Shown in pieces: positions 19,274 through 28,777 of a stretch of DNA of 64,000 nucleotides. The position numbers and the translations under genes are program-made. A model generated the notes under the pieces. That model was not told the origin of the DNA. It did no database searches and was given only the letters and a program-made list of their open reading frames with translations. The number at the start of each line of letters is the position of its first letter. The stretch's first letter is position 1. Location: positions 62,001-126,000 of IMG/VR virus record IMGVR_UViG_3300042889_001503; one strand, written 5' to 3'.

Positions 19274-20347
19274 ATGTCAATAGGTTTAAGAATTATCAGT
19301 AATAATTTAATAGGTAAAACCGCGTCTGTTACCTTTACTCCAGCATCCGGAGGGACACCACAAAATTTAGGTATTCAGACAATACCATTTAATAATATTA
19401 CACCATATCCATATGGTAATTATGATATTAATGTTTTAGAATATAACTATAGTTACAATTTTAATGTGCCGGCGCCGGCTCCATTACAATCAGGTTATAC
19501 AACTACCCTTAGAGGTATTGTTAATCCGGAAGGTGGTTTAGCATATTCTTCGTCAACGTTATCGGAATCTTGGGGTGAGTATACAAAAGGATTTATTACT
19601 AGTAAAGGTTATTCCCCTGATGATATTATTTACGCCGAAGGTATATGTTCTGATGATGTTGATGGTCCCGTATTTACAGGTGTTGATAATATTGGACAAT
19701 TTCCAACTTCTATGAACACATTTCTTGGTCCGTTTATGTCAGGTGGTTTAGCAGGGTTCCCATTTGTTGGAACTGTTGGGTTAGGTGCTTGGGCTAGCCA
19801 CATTACAAGTGGCGGAACTTTATTTATAACAAGTACACCTCATATTGGTGTAACAATAGATGGTCGTGCGGGAAGAATGTTAAGAAAAGGTAAACCAGAT
19901 AGTATCACAGATAATACTTGTGGAGCTGTGGCGGGAGCCATAGGTGAGGTATTAACAACTTGGAGTGCTACCACACCAACATTTAGTACTTATTCAGGTT
20001 CAGGAGATTATGAATTTTATAAGTTAGTTGATATCTTATGGCCGTTTCGTGGTACATTATCAGGATTTACGGGAACATCGGAAGAAATATATAATAAACA
20101 AATGATTTTTTCAACAAATAAAATTAAAGAAAACGCATTTACTTATTTATTTGCTAATTTATCGGGAGCAACAAATAGTGTGTTATTATCAAGACCTTCT
20201 ACTGAGATATTTTTCACTAGTGGTGTTTTTATTAATACAGATTATGGATATGAATCATACGTTAATATCGACCAATTTTGGAAATATAGTATTAACGGTG
20301 GTTGGGTTGACCTAACATCAGAATATGTTTCAGGATTACCATTATAA
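19274..20347 (+). CDS. LCIB/LCIC-family beta-type carbonic anhydrase fused to an N-terminal virion-protein-like module
   Basis: GICSDD (C125, D127), GPF.SGGLAGFPFVG.VGLGAWASH, PHIG (H190), G..G...R.G (R204) and TCGA (C216) give the Cys/His/Cys zinc-ligand pattern of the LCIB family. Confidence 0.8.
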   Translation: MSIGLRIISNNLIGKTASVTFTPASGGTPQNLGIQTIPFNNITPYPYGNYDINVLEYNYSYNFNVPAPAPLQSGYTTTLRGIVNPEGGLAYSSSTLSESWGEYTKGFITSKGYSPDDIIYAEGICSDDVDGPVFTGVDNIGQFPTSMNTFLGPFMSGGLAGFPFVGTVGLGAWASHITSGGTLFITSTPHIGVTIDGRAGRMLRKGKPDSITDNTCGAVAGAIGEVLTTWSATTPTFSTYSGSGDYEFYKLVDILWPFRGTLSGFTGTSEEIYNKQMIFSTNKIKENAFTYLFANLSGATNSVLLSRPSTEIFFTSGVFINTDYGYESYVNIDQFWKYSINGGWVDLTSEYVSGLPL

Positions 20348-20350
20348 AAC

Positions 20351-20377
20351 AAAAAGACCTTCGGGTCTTTTTTTTTT
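20351..20377 (+). terminator. Rho-independent terminator
   Basis: aaaagacc-TTCG-ggtctttt followed by a T run. Confidence 0.9.
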
Positions 20378-20381
20378 GTAT

Positions 20382-20413
20382 TTGACTAAATGAGATTATT
20401 ACAATATATTTAT
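20382..20413 (+). promoter_or_regulatory. Putative early promoter of the DNA polymerase gene
   Basis: TTGACT-17 nt-TATATT. Can also be read as Bacteroidota-type TTTG...TAnnTTT(A). Confidence 0.6.
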
Positions 20414-20472
20414 AGAAACAAGACAAACCCGATTTATATCGGAGCCAATATGTCAATCTAAAAAATATAATT

Positions 20473-23262
20473 ATGATAACACAAGAAGAAATTAAGGCAT
20501 TCCTTGAAGGGAATGACCCCGAAGAGCACATAGTTGCGATTGAATATGATTACGTATCAGATTCAGTCTACAAAATTAAAGAAATCCCGAGTCAGGGAAA
20601 AATAATCAAAAAAGATACATTTACGGCATTTGCTTGGGTTGGAGACTTGAGAGATTTGAACTTTTATTCAAAATCTAAAGACTTACAAAAAGATGCGATG
20701 AAAAAACACGGAATCATCATTGATAAGTTAGAAACCAAAGGTAATGAGAGATTAGAAAAGGGTCTCAAATATATGGTTAAATCAATGAAGGGTTATCGTT
20801 CACTCATCCAATTCTTTAAAGAGGGTGGTGTAGACCCGTGGGGTGAAAAGACAAAAGGAAAATTAACAGTTCTCCCACCGGTAGAACAATATTTAATTTC
20901 AAGAGAGAAAAGACTATTCAAAGGGTATGAAGAATACAATGACATCACCCGACTCGGATTTGACTTGGAGACGACTGCTCTTGAACCTAAAGACGGTCGT
21001 ATATTTATGATTGGAATCAAAACCAATAAAGGATACCAAAAAGTTATTGAATGTGCGGATGAGGACCAAGAACGAAGAGGATTAGTTGAGTTCTTCAACA
21101 TTATCGATGAACTTAAACCATCAATCATTGGTGGATACAATTCAGCAAACTTTGACTGGTTTTGGATATTTGAGAGATGCAAAGCACTTAACTTGGACAT
21201 CAAAAAAATCGCTAAATCACTAAACCCGGCAAGACCCATATCTCAAAAAGACGGTATGTTAAAACTTGCCAACGAGGTAGAGAGATTCTCACAAACTCAA
21301 TTGTGGGGTTATAATATTATTGATATTATCCACTCAGTTCGTAGAGCACAAGCAATCAATTCAAGTATTAAATCCGCAGGACTTAAATACATTACTCAAT
21401 ACATTAAAGCTGAAGCCCCCGACCGAGTTTATATTGACCACTTAGAAATTGGACCGATGTATGCCAAAAAGGAGGAATATTGGTTAAATGTTGAGAATGG
21501 GAAATATAAAAGAGCCGATAATCCGGACTTTAATAATTTAGATACAAGATTCCCGGGGAAATACTTAAAGGTTACCGGAGATAATATTGTGGAGAGATAT
21601 CTTGACGATGACTTAGAGGAAACGTTGACAGTGGATGATGAATTCAACCAAGGAACGTTTCTATTAGCATCAATGGTACCAACAACATACGAGAGAGTTT
21701 CCACAATGGGAACCGCAACTCTATGGAGAATGATTATGTTGGCTTGGTCTTACAAGAACAAATTAGCTATTCCAGCAAAAGAAGAGAAGACAGACTTCGT
21801 AGGAGGACTTTCAAGACTACTTAAGGTGGGTTACTCTACCAACGTATTAAAACTCGATTACTCTTCCCTATATCCGTCTATTCAATTGGTTCACGACGTG
21901 TTCCCTGAGTGTGATGTTATGGGTGGGATGAAAGGGATGTTAACTTATTTCCGTAATGCTCGTATTATGTATAAAAACTTGGCGTCGGAGTATAAATCAA
22001 TTGATTCTAAAAAATCACTTTCATACGATAGAAAACAATTACCATTAAAAATCTTTATTAACTCGATGTTTGGTGGATTATCAGCACCACACGTTTATGA
22101 GTGGGGGGAAATGAATAGTGGTGAAAGAATTACCTGCACCGGAAGACAATATCTTCGTCAAATGGTAAAATACTTTGTTAAACGAGGATACACACCTTTG
22201 GTACTTGATACGGATGGTGTTAACTTTAGTTTACCGGATGAGGGTGTTGATGATAGAGTTTATATTGGTAAAGGACTAAATTGGTTAGTTAAAGAGGGTA
22301 AAGAATACAGAGGATATTACGCCGACACCGCAGAATACAATGATTTGTTTATGAAAGGTGAGATGGGGTTAGATTGTGATGGAACTTGGGATTCTTGTAT
22401 TAACTTGAGTAGAAAGAACTACGCAACAATGGAATCTAATGGTAAAATTAAATTAACCGGGAACTCAATTAAATCTAAGAAATTACCACTATACATTGAG
22501 GTGTTTTTAGATAAAGGTGTGAAATTGTTATTAGAAGGAAAAGGACAAGAATTCGTTGAGTGGTATTTTGAGTATCACCAAAGAATATACAACCAACAAA
22601 TCCCATTAAAACAAATCGCTCAAAGAGCGAGAGTTAAACTATCTGTTGAAGATTATAAAAAGAGATGTGGTCAGAAAACAAAGGCGGGTTCATTGATGAG
22701 TAGAATGGCTCATATGGAATTGGCTATCAAACACGACTTAAAAGTTTCATTGGGAGATGTTATTAGCTATGTCAATAATGGTTTAAAAGCGTCACACGGA
22801 GATGTTCAAAAAATCACAAAAAACAATTACACTAAAAAAGAATTGGATTTATTTACATCAGTTAATGGTATGGAACCTGAAGATAAGTCTACCTCAACAA
22901 TACAACTTAATTGTTATATGTTGGACCAAACCGAAATTGAGAATAACCCTGACTTAACCGGAGATTATAATGTTGCAAGAGCAATCTCAACATTTAATAA
23001 AAAAGTGGAACCATTATTAATTGTTTTTAATAAGGAGTTAAGAGAAAGTTTATTAATTGCTAACCCTGAAGATAGAGGGTTTTTTACTAAGACTCAATGT
23101 GAGTTGGTTGGAGGTATACCAAATAAAGAAGGGGACCAAGATACGATTGAGGATTTATTAACAATAACTGATTTGGAATTAAAGTTTTGGGATAGAGTTG
23201 GTGTTAGTTCTGAATACATTTATGAATTGGCAGAACCAGGTTGGGAAGAACATATTAATTAA
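20473..23262 (+). CDS. polB: Family B DNA polymerase with 3'-5' exonuclease
   Basis: FDLETT (ExoI), GYNSANFD (ExoII), YLDDD (ExoIII), DYSSLYPSI (motif A), KIFINSMFG (B), LDTDG (C), RKNYA. Confidence 0.95.
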   Translation: MITQEEIKAFLEGNDPEEHIVAIEYDYVSDSVYKIKEIPSQGKIIKKDTFTAFAWVGDLRDLNFYSKSKDLQKDAMKKHGIIIDKLETKGNERLEKGLKYMVKSMKGYRSLIQFFKEGGVDPWGEKTKGKLTVLPPVEQYLISREKRLFKGYEEYNDITRLGFDLETTALEPKDGRIFMIGIKTNKGYQKVIECADEDQERRGLVEFFNIIDELKPSIIGGYNSANFDWFWIFERCKALNLDIKKIAKSLNPARPISQKDGMLKLANEVERFSQTQLWGYNIIDIIHSVRRAQAINSSIKSAGLKYITQYIKAEAPDRVYIDHLEIGPMYAKKEEYWLNVENGKYKRADNPDFNNLDTRFPGKYLKVTGDNIVERYLDDDLEETLTVDDEFNQGTFLLASMVPTTYERVSTMGTATLWRMIMLAWSYKNKLAIPAKEEKTDFVGGLSRLLKVGYSTNVLKLDYSSLYPSIQLVHDVFPECDVMGGMKGMLTYFRNARIMYKNLASEYKSIDSKKSLSYDRKQLPLKIFINSMFGGLSAPHVYEWGEMNSGERITCTGRQYLRQMVKYFVKRGYTPLVLDTDGVNFSLPDEGVDDRVYIGKGLNWLVKEGKEYRGYYADTAEYNDLFMKGEMGLDCDGTWDSCINLSRKNYATMESNGKIKLTGNSIKSKKLPLYIEVFLDKGVKLLLEGKGQEFVEWYFEYHQRIYNQQIPLKQIAQRARVKLSVEDYKKRCGQKTKAGSLMSRMAHMELAIKHDLKVSLGDVISYVNNGLKASHGDVQKITKNNYTKKELDLFTSVNGMEPEDKSTSTIQLNCYMLDQTEIENNPDLTGDYNVARAISTFNKKVEPLLIVFNKELRESLLIANPEDRGFFTKTQCELVGGIPNKEGDQDTIEDLLTITDLELKFWDRVGVSSEYIYELAEPGWEEHIN

Positions 23263-23267
23263 AACAG

Positions 23268-23295
23268 AAAAGGTGTCGAATACGACACCTTTTTT
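23268..23295. terminator. Bidirectional terminator between convergent genes
   Basis: aaaaggtgtcg-aata-cgacacctttt(tt). Confidence 0.9.
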
Positions 23296-23638
23296 ATTGT
23301 AGTTTTACCCCATCACTTGAAAGAATATACCAATTACCGTCAACCCGGAATAATTCAACGGCAGCACCTCTTTCAATTAATATTTCATCATATTGTTCAT
23401 CAATAAGACCCATAAATGGAACTATTAAAACATTAGTTAATGACTTTATTACAATGTGTTCAGTACTACTTTGGTCTAATATTATTTTACAATTAGGGAC
23501 ATCTTTAACTAAGATGAATTCTTCGCCATTAGTTCTATGTTCCGGAACCGTAACTGTTTGAATAGGGTTAGTTGTGTTTAAATTGGACATTGAGCCAAAT
23601 AATTTGTTCCCAATTTTTGTTCTTGTTATAAATGTCAT
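23294..23638 (-). CDS. Hypothetical beta-rich protein, probably neck-associated
   Basis: 114-aa ORF following the neck gene, ending in AVELFRVDGNWYIL. Confidence 0.55.
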   Translation of the reverse strand: MTFITRTKIGNKLFGSMSNLNTTNPIQTVTVPEHRTNGEEFILVKDVPNCKIILDQSSTEHIVIKSLTNVLIVPFMGLIDEQYDEILIERGAAVELFRVDGNWYILSSDGVKLQ

Positions 23639-23643
23639 ATAAA

Positions 23644-24765
23644 TTAAATTACGTATATTTGTCTTGGCATTGCTCTGAACTTTAACTGTTTGTTTAAGTT
23701 CTCTGCGATTAATGCCTCTCGTTCCATTACTTTTTCAGGTTTTAATCTTGTTAACCTACCTTCAGCACCAATCAATTCTTCAATTAATTTAGTCTTTTCA
23801 TCTTTAGCTTCTGTCGCTAATGATTGATAGTCCATTGTTAACTCGCTATCAGGTGTTTTAACATTACCACTAAATTTACCACGAACTCTCGCTAAAGTTT
23901 CTTTAACATAAGCGGTAAACCAACGACGAATCCAAACTTGAGCGGGGTTATTTAAATCTACCCAATCAATTCCTTCTAACGGAACATCTGAAGGTAATTT
24001 AATAATGTCCGGATTTGATTTTAAACATTTGTCTCTATCTGCAGGACCTACGTCATAATACCAATACCAAACTTTACCTCTTTTCATTGTTGCACTACCA
24101 AAGTCAAATTTACCACCGGGAACTTGCATTAAATGTAACGCCTTTTTACCTTCAGGTAAAGCTGTAATTCTATAAGTTAAATCACCGGCAATAATTCTTC
24201 GTTGAATATTATTCTCTTGCATTCTCAATAACATATCAAACGCTGGCATCATAAACATTGAACCTGACATACCCATCTGAGCAAACCCACCCGGTCCACC
24301 AATACCACCGGCACCCAATGAACCAAAAGTCCAAGGGTCTAATAACATACTATTAAGTTCTGCGGGTGTATACCACATAACTTCATTGATTTCTCTATTA
24401 GCAGGGATTTCATAAATTTGTTGATGAGCAACTAAATCAATATAATCTTTTTTAAGTTCCCAATCACCACCGGCTTGTAATCCAACAATTTTTGAATAAG
24501 CGTAAGTGTATCGAGTTTCATAGTCTAAACTTTTAGTTATGAATGCTCTTGATAATGATTGAGTATCTAAGTTAAGATTATATAGGGATGTCCATTGGGA
24601 TTCAATTAACCAATCTTGAACATATTGGGAATAATCACTAATTGACAATTCCATTAAACTATCCATCATTTCGTCTTCGATTTCAATCGAACGAAGTGGT
24701 GCACCCAATAAGTGTTTGATTCGTGTGTAAAGTTGGGTTCTTTCCGGTTCTGCAATTCCAGCCAT
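23644..24765 (-). CDS. Neck/head-tail adaptor protein (T4 gp13-like)
   Basis: RIKHLLGAPLRSIEIEDE N-terminus and WIRRWFTAYVKETLARVRGKFSG...L.MDY..L..EA..E...L..EL C-terminus. Confidence 0.75.
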   Translation of the reverse strand: MAGIAEPERTQLYTRIKHLLGAPLRSIEIEDEMMDSLMELSISDYSQYVQDWLIESQWTSLYNLNLDTQSLSRAFITKSLDYETRYTYAYSKIVGLQAGGDWELKKDYIDLVAHQQIYEIPANREINEVMWYTPAELNSMLLDPWTFGSLGAGGIGGPGGFAQMGMSGSMFMMPAFDMLLRMQENNIQRRIIAGDLTYRITALPEGKKALHLMQVPGGKFDFGSATMKRGKVWYWYYDVGPADRDKCLKSNPDIIKLPSDVPLEGIDWVDLNNPAQVWIRRWFTAYVKETLARVRGKFSGNVKTPDSELTMDYQSLATEAKDEKTKLIEELIGAEGRLTRLKPEKVMEREALIAENLNKQLKFRAMPRQIYVI

Positions 24766-24790
24766 ATAGATTTGTGTTTCTATATAAATA

Positions 24791-25675
24791 TCAGCTAAGA
24801 GTATAAATTAAATTTTCTTCAGGGAAAACAAAATTACCACCCCATATTTTACCGTTTTTATTGTTAAATATCAGGATTTCTTTGTTGTTTTTGGCAAATA
24901 TCAACCAATCGGTATTATATCTTTTAACATTTCCTGAACCCATAACAATAGTGTTACCGTCTTCAGTTTTGGTATTTGTGAATGGTTTAATTTGTGCGGT
25001 TTTTCTCTCACCATCAATAATTATTTCACAATCAATTCCACCAATCATATCTTCACTACTACCAAGTTTACCAACAGCATTTACATTATCTTTACCAAAT
25101 TGTTTTTTAAGGATTTCGACCGTAGTGTCTTCTCGTTTTTGACCCCAAGCGTGGGTTTGTCCTAAAACCATCATAAGAGATTGGAATGTTGATGACTCGG
25201 GATTAAAAATTCTGTCTTTATAATCATCAATAACGTTAACAAAACGTTTAACTTGGTTTAATTGTTCAAATGAGTCTGAGTTTTGAAACGATATTGGTTG
25301 TTGTTTTTGAGATAATAAAACTTTATTAACATCTCTAAGTAACACACAAAAACAACTATAGTTTGTGTTTAATTTGTTTATTACTGAACGACCCTCTTGT
25401 TCTAAATCGTATATTCCGGACATCTCCCCTTCACCATATTTACCTTTTGCGTAATAATTGTTAGGGAACACTTCTCTTAATATATGGTTGATTGAGTTTT
25501 TAAACGACTCTTTCACTCTTGGGTTTGTGTTGAATACTTGTCTAATTTCTTCAACTTTAGATGGTGAGCATTTTTCTGCTTTTGATTCTGATAAAACTAA
25601 TGATATTTTTCTGTCCGTTTCGTTTTTGTTAATCTCTTGAATTAATAGATTAACCTTGTTTTCTGTATTTTTCAT
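24791..25675 (-). CDS. Putative PD-(D/E)XK-fold nuclease
   Basis: GQKRE...EDMIGGIDC...KTAQIKPF arrangement (E...D...QxK). Confidence 0.5.
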   Translation of the reverse strand: MKNTENKVNLLIQEINKNETDRKISLVLSESKAEKCSPSKVEEIRQVFNTNPRVKESFKNSINHILREVFPNNYYAKGKYGEGEMSGIYDLEQEGRSVINKLNTNYSCFCVLLRDVNKVLLSQKQQPISFQNSDSFEQLNQVKRFVNVIDDYKDRIFNPESSTFQSLMMVLGQTHAWGQKREDTTVEILKKQFGKDNVNAVGKLGSSEDMIGGIDCEIIIDGERKTAQIKPFTNTKTEDGNTIVMGSGNVKRYNTDWLIFAKNNKEILIFNNKNGKIWGGNFVFPEENLIYTLS

Positions 25676-25714
25676 ATAGGCTTGTTTATTACGATAAATA
25701 TCTAAACAACCGAA

Positions 25715-27520
25715 TTAACCCCGGTTGTTTATTTTATTCATAAGTTCTCCGATAAAATCTCCACTTTCAGAGATATTGTCCCCCATCACGGTTCCAATGT
25801 TTTGTTTCTTTTGATTTACCATATCGTAAATAATTCCTTCAATTGAGTTATCAAATATTGGGTAGTAAACTGATACCGAATTTTTTTGTCCGTATCTGTA
25901 TGCTCTGTCTTCTGCTTGAGCTAAGTCACCCGGAACAAATGATAAGTCATTAATGATTACTGCTTCAGCGGCGGTTAATGTGATACCTACACCGGCAGCT
26001 TTTACGTTACCAACAAAGACTTTAATCTTTTCATTATCTTGGAATTGGTCAACAGCATATTGTCGTTGAGGTTTTGATGTTGAACCATCTAATCTAACCG
26101 CTTGTTTTCCAAAATGGTCGGCAATTCTGTTTAATGTTTCAGTAAAGTTGGTAAAGATAATAACTTTTTTGTCTTGTTCCAAAATATTTTCAGCTAATTC
26201 TATAGTATCTTTTATTTTTTCTTCAGCAATTACCTGACGAACTTTCATTAACTTACTGAATTGAACCGTCAAAGATGTTGACTCATCGGGATTCTTATTA
26301 TACCAATCATAGTATTCCCCCATCAACCCTTCATAAAGTTTTGACTTTAATCTTAGATAAACCGGTGTAATAATTTTCTCAGGTAAATCTAACACTTCCG
26401 TTTTCAACCTACGTAAAACTTGTCTTGAGGTTCTGTCTCTTAATTCTTCCAAATTGGATGCTCCGGTTACATTCCATATTTTACGAGTTCCTGCGGTGAA
26501 TTGGTAACCTTGACAATATCTAATAGCGTAAGCCATCCAATTCTGAGCCACCGGACTCTCAATAAGAGCCAATAAGTTAAAATAATTCATTGGACGGTTA
26601 GTCATCGGTGTCCCGGTTAATAACCACACTCTTTCACAACTTTTAGAAAAACTATTAACAAGTTTGGTTCTTGCGGCTTGTCCATTACTCACATAATGAG
26701 CCTCATCCAAAATAATTAAATCAAAATTTCCTTGTGTTATTAAAGATTCTGATTTACCTTTCAAATCGTAGAAGTTTTTAAGAATATCGTAATTTACAAT
26801 AACAAAATCGTGTTCTATTGAAAAATTCTTACCTTCAGAGATATAAACACTTCTATCGGTATAGTTCTCAATTTCTCTTTGCCAGTTAATTTTAAGAGAT
26901 GCCGGACAAACAATTAATATTTTCTTTGCACCCGTCTCTAAAGCGGCGATAATGGTTGCGGTGGTTTTACCTAATCCCATATCATCGGCAAGAATAAACC
27001 TTTTAGAACCGGCAAGTTTTTCGATAGCTTCTTTTTGATGTTCTAATGGTGGACGATTAGAGTATTTTGAATAATCTACCACAATATTCTTAATTGTGTG
27101 TGTTTTAATCAAAGCACCTTTAGGTAACCAAAAATCGTGGATTGTTTCAGATTCTAAAACTTTTCCCCAAACGTGGTAGGATTTTTCTTTCTCAACTAAT
27201 AGCTTTTCCACCCATACCTGTTCGGGGATTTTAAGTAATAATTTTTCATCAGCAATTTTTTTGGCAAAGTAGGGGTCTAAATCAACCCATCTTTTGGCTA
27301 CCTTTGGTGTTACTTCGTTAAAATTTATTATGTAGTCAGATTGTGCCCGAGTCGGGAAGAATCTTTTGTTAGTTTCCTTTTGGAATTTTAATTTTAGGAT
27401 ATAGTTATTTGCCCCCTGATAAGTTTCAAGGATAGATATCGCTCGTTGTTCTATTGTTAAATTAGAATTTTCAGATGTATTGTTTTCCAAATTTAATCTT
27501 TTAGTAGAAATATAACACAT
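25715..27520 (-). CDS. SNF2-family helicase/ATPase (SMARCAL1/ZRANB3-like)
   Basis: LADDMGLGKT, VCPASLKINW, ILDEAH, LTGTPM.NRP, GVGITLT, QAEDRAYRYGQ. The true start may be the in-frame TTG at 27490. Confidence 0.92.
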   Translation of the reverse strand: MCYISTKRLNLENNTSENSNLTIEQRAISILETYQGANNYILKLKFQKETNKRFFPTRAQSDYIINFNEVTPKVAKRWVDLDPYFAKKIADEKLLLKIPEQVWVEKLLVEKEKSYHVWGKVLESETIHDFWLPKGALIKTHTIKNIVVDYSKYSNRPPLEHQKEAIEKLAGSKRFILADDMGLGKTTATIIAALETGAKKILIVCPASLKINWQREIENYTDRSVYISEGKNFSIEHDFVIVNYDILKNFYDLKGKSESLITQGNFDLIILDEAHYVSNGQAARTKLVNSFSKSCERVWLLTGTPMTNRPMNYFNLLALIESPVAQNWMAYAIRYCQGYQFTAGTRKIWNVTGASNLEELRDRTSRQVLRRLKTEVLDLPEKIITPVYLRLKSKLYEGLMGEYYDWYNKNPDESTSLTVQFSKLMKVRQVIAEEKIKDTIELAENILEQDKKVIIFTNFTETLNRIADHFGKQAVRLDGSTSKPQRQYAVDQFQDNEKIKVFVGNVKAAGVGITLTAAEAVIINDLSFVPGDLAQAEDRAYRYGQKNSVSVYYPIFDNSIEGIIYDMVNQKKQNIGTVMGDNISESGDFIGELMNKINNRG

Positions 27521-27538
27521 TTTATAATATTTATCAAT

Positions 27539-27856
27539 ATGAACAACAAACCAATAAATCTTGACCGGGATACAAAGTTAATTAGACGATATCTAAATAT
27601 ATCAAAACCTGAAGGGGTCTCAAAGATTGCGTTTGAAATAACTCCCGTAGGAGATGAGAGCGAATATTATATGAAAATAACTTATGTTGTTCCTGATGAT
27701 AGTAAATATTTGAAAGCTAACGACAAAAATTTAATTCCTGTTCGTTACAGAGACGAATGGAATCATCATATAACAAAAGATTTAAAAGATTATTTTGGAT
27801 TAAAAGTGTATATCAACCAATCCGGAACAAGAAACGAAAATTTTTATAATAGATAA
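27539..27856 (+). CDS. Hypothetical protein
   Basis: 105-aa ORF preceded by a TATTTAT motif. Confidence 0.55.
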   Translation: MNNKPINLDRDTKLIRRYLNISKPEGVSKIAFEITPVGDESEYYMKITYVVPDDSKYLKANDKNLIPVRYRDEWNHHITKDLKDYFGLKVYINQSGTRNENFYNR

Positions 27857-27863
27857 AAACAAT

Positions 27864-28376
27864 ATGGATAATAAAGTACCAATTACAAGGATAGGTAAGT
27901 TCTTTGGAGCGGAGGATTTCAAGTTAGAACAAGACTTTGGGACCGAATGGTTACACGGGGATATGAACTTTACATTAGTTCTATATCGTGTTGATAGATA
28001 TAAGACCAAAACGGACGATGTTTATGGTGAGACGGTATCTGACGGTATCAAATTTTTACCACCGGTGGAGTTCAAAGGATATGTTCAAATTATGGCCCCT
28101 GAGAACAAATATTTAGGTAATTCTAAAATTGACCAAATGGAGCCGGGTAATATGAAAGTATCTGTTTATCAAAGAGATTTGGATGAGTTAGAGGTGGAGA
28201 TTAGTTATGGTGATTATATCGGATACTACGAAACAGAAGACAAAGTAAGATATTACACGGTTAATAATGATGGAAGGGTTACTTCTGACAACAAACATAC
28301 TTTGGGTGGATACAAACCATTCTATAGAACAATTATGGCGTCACCGGTTACAAATAACGAATTTAGAGGGTTATAA
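27864..28376 (+). CDS. Head-closure/neck protein (T4 gp14-like)
   Basis: LYRVDRYKTKTDDVYGE..F.PPVE and L.ELEVEISYGDYI motifs. Lies upstream of the tail terminator and sheath genes. Confidence 0.65.
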   Translation: MDNKVPITRIGKFFGAEDFKLEQDFGTEWLHGDMNFTLVLYRVDRYKTKTDDVYGETVSDGIKFLPPVEFKGYVQIMAPENKYLGNSKIDQMEPGNMKVSVYQRDLDELEVEISYGDYIGYYETEDKVRYYTVNNDGRVTSDNKHTLGGYKPFYRTIMASPVTNNEFRGL

Positions 28377-28777
28377 TGAAAGTATTAATAACAGAAAATA
28401 AATTATTTGATTCAATATATTCATATATCGAAGGAGATTTTAATAAAGACGATATTCATTGGACTTATGGTATGGATGACGGTGAGGATGGTGATTTAGT
28501 TGATTATAATGAAAATGAAAACTTATTAATTTTCTATAATGGAGATTGGGAAGGTGAAGAAGATAGTGATGTTATTTTTTATTATTTAGAAGTAGAATAT
28601 TATAGTGACGAACCATCAGCTAAACCATTTAAAGATGATGCACCAACATTAGATGTAACAGGTGAATATTCCGAACATTTAGACTCTATGTTTGGTAACC
28701 ATTGGAAGGGACCAATGAAAAAATGGTTTCAAGATAATTTTAATTTACCCGTTAAAACGGTAACAACATATTACTAA
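28376..28777 (+). CDS. Acidic hypothetical protein with MKVLITE leader
   Basis: 133 aa, D/E-rich, leader identical to that of the next gene. Confidence 0.6.
   Translation: MKVLITENKLFDSIYSYIEGDFNKDDIHWTYGMDDGEDGDLVDYNENENLLIFYNGDWEGEEDSDVIFYYLEVEYYSDEPSAKPFKDDAPTLDVTGEYSEHLDSMFGNHWKGPMKKWFQDNFNLPVKTVTTYY

Noticed and set aside
20473-23262. Inteins or self-splicing introns in polB (also checked dnaB, recA and nrdA)
   Set aside because: Protein lengths are ordinary, motifs are contiguous, and no intein termini or homing endonuclease motifs were seen
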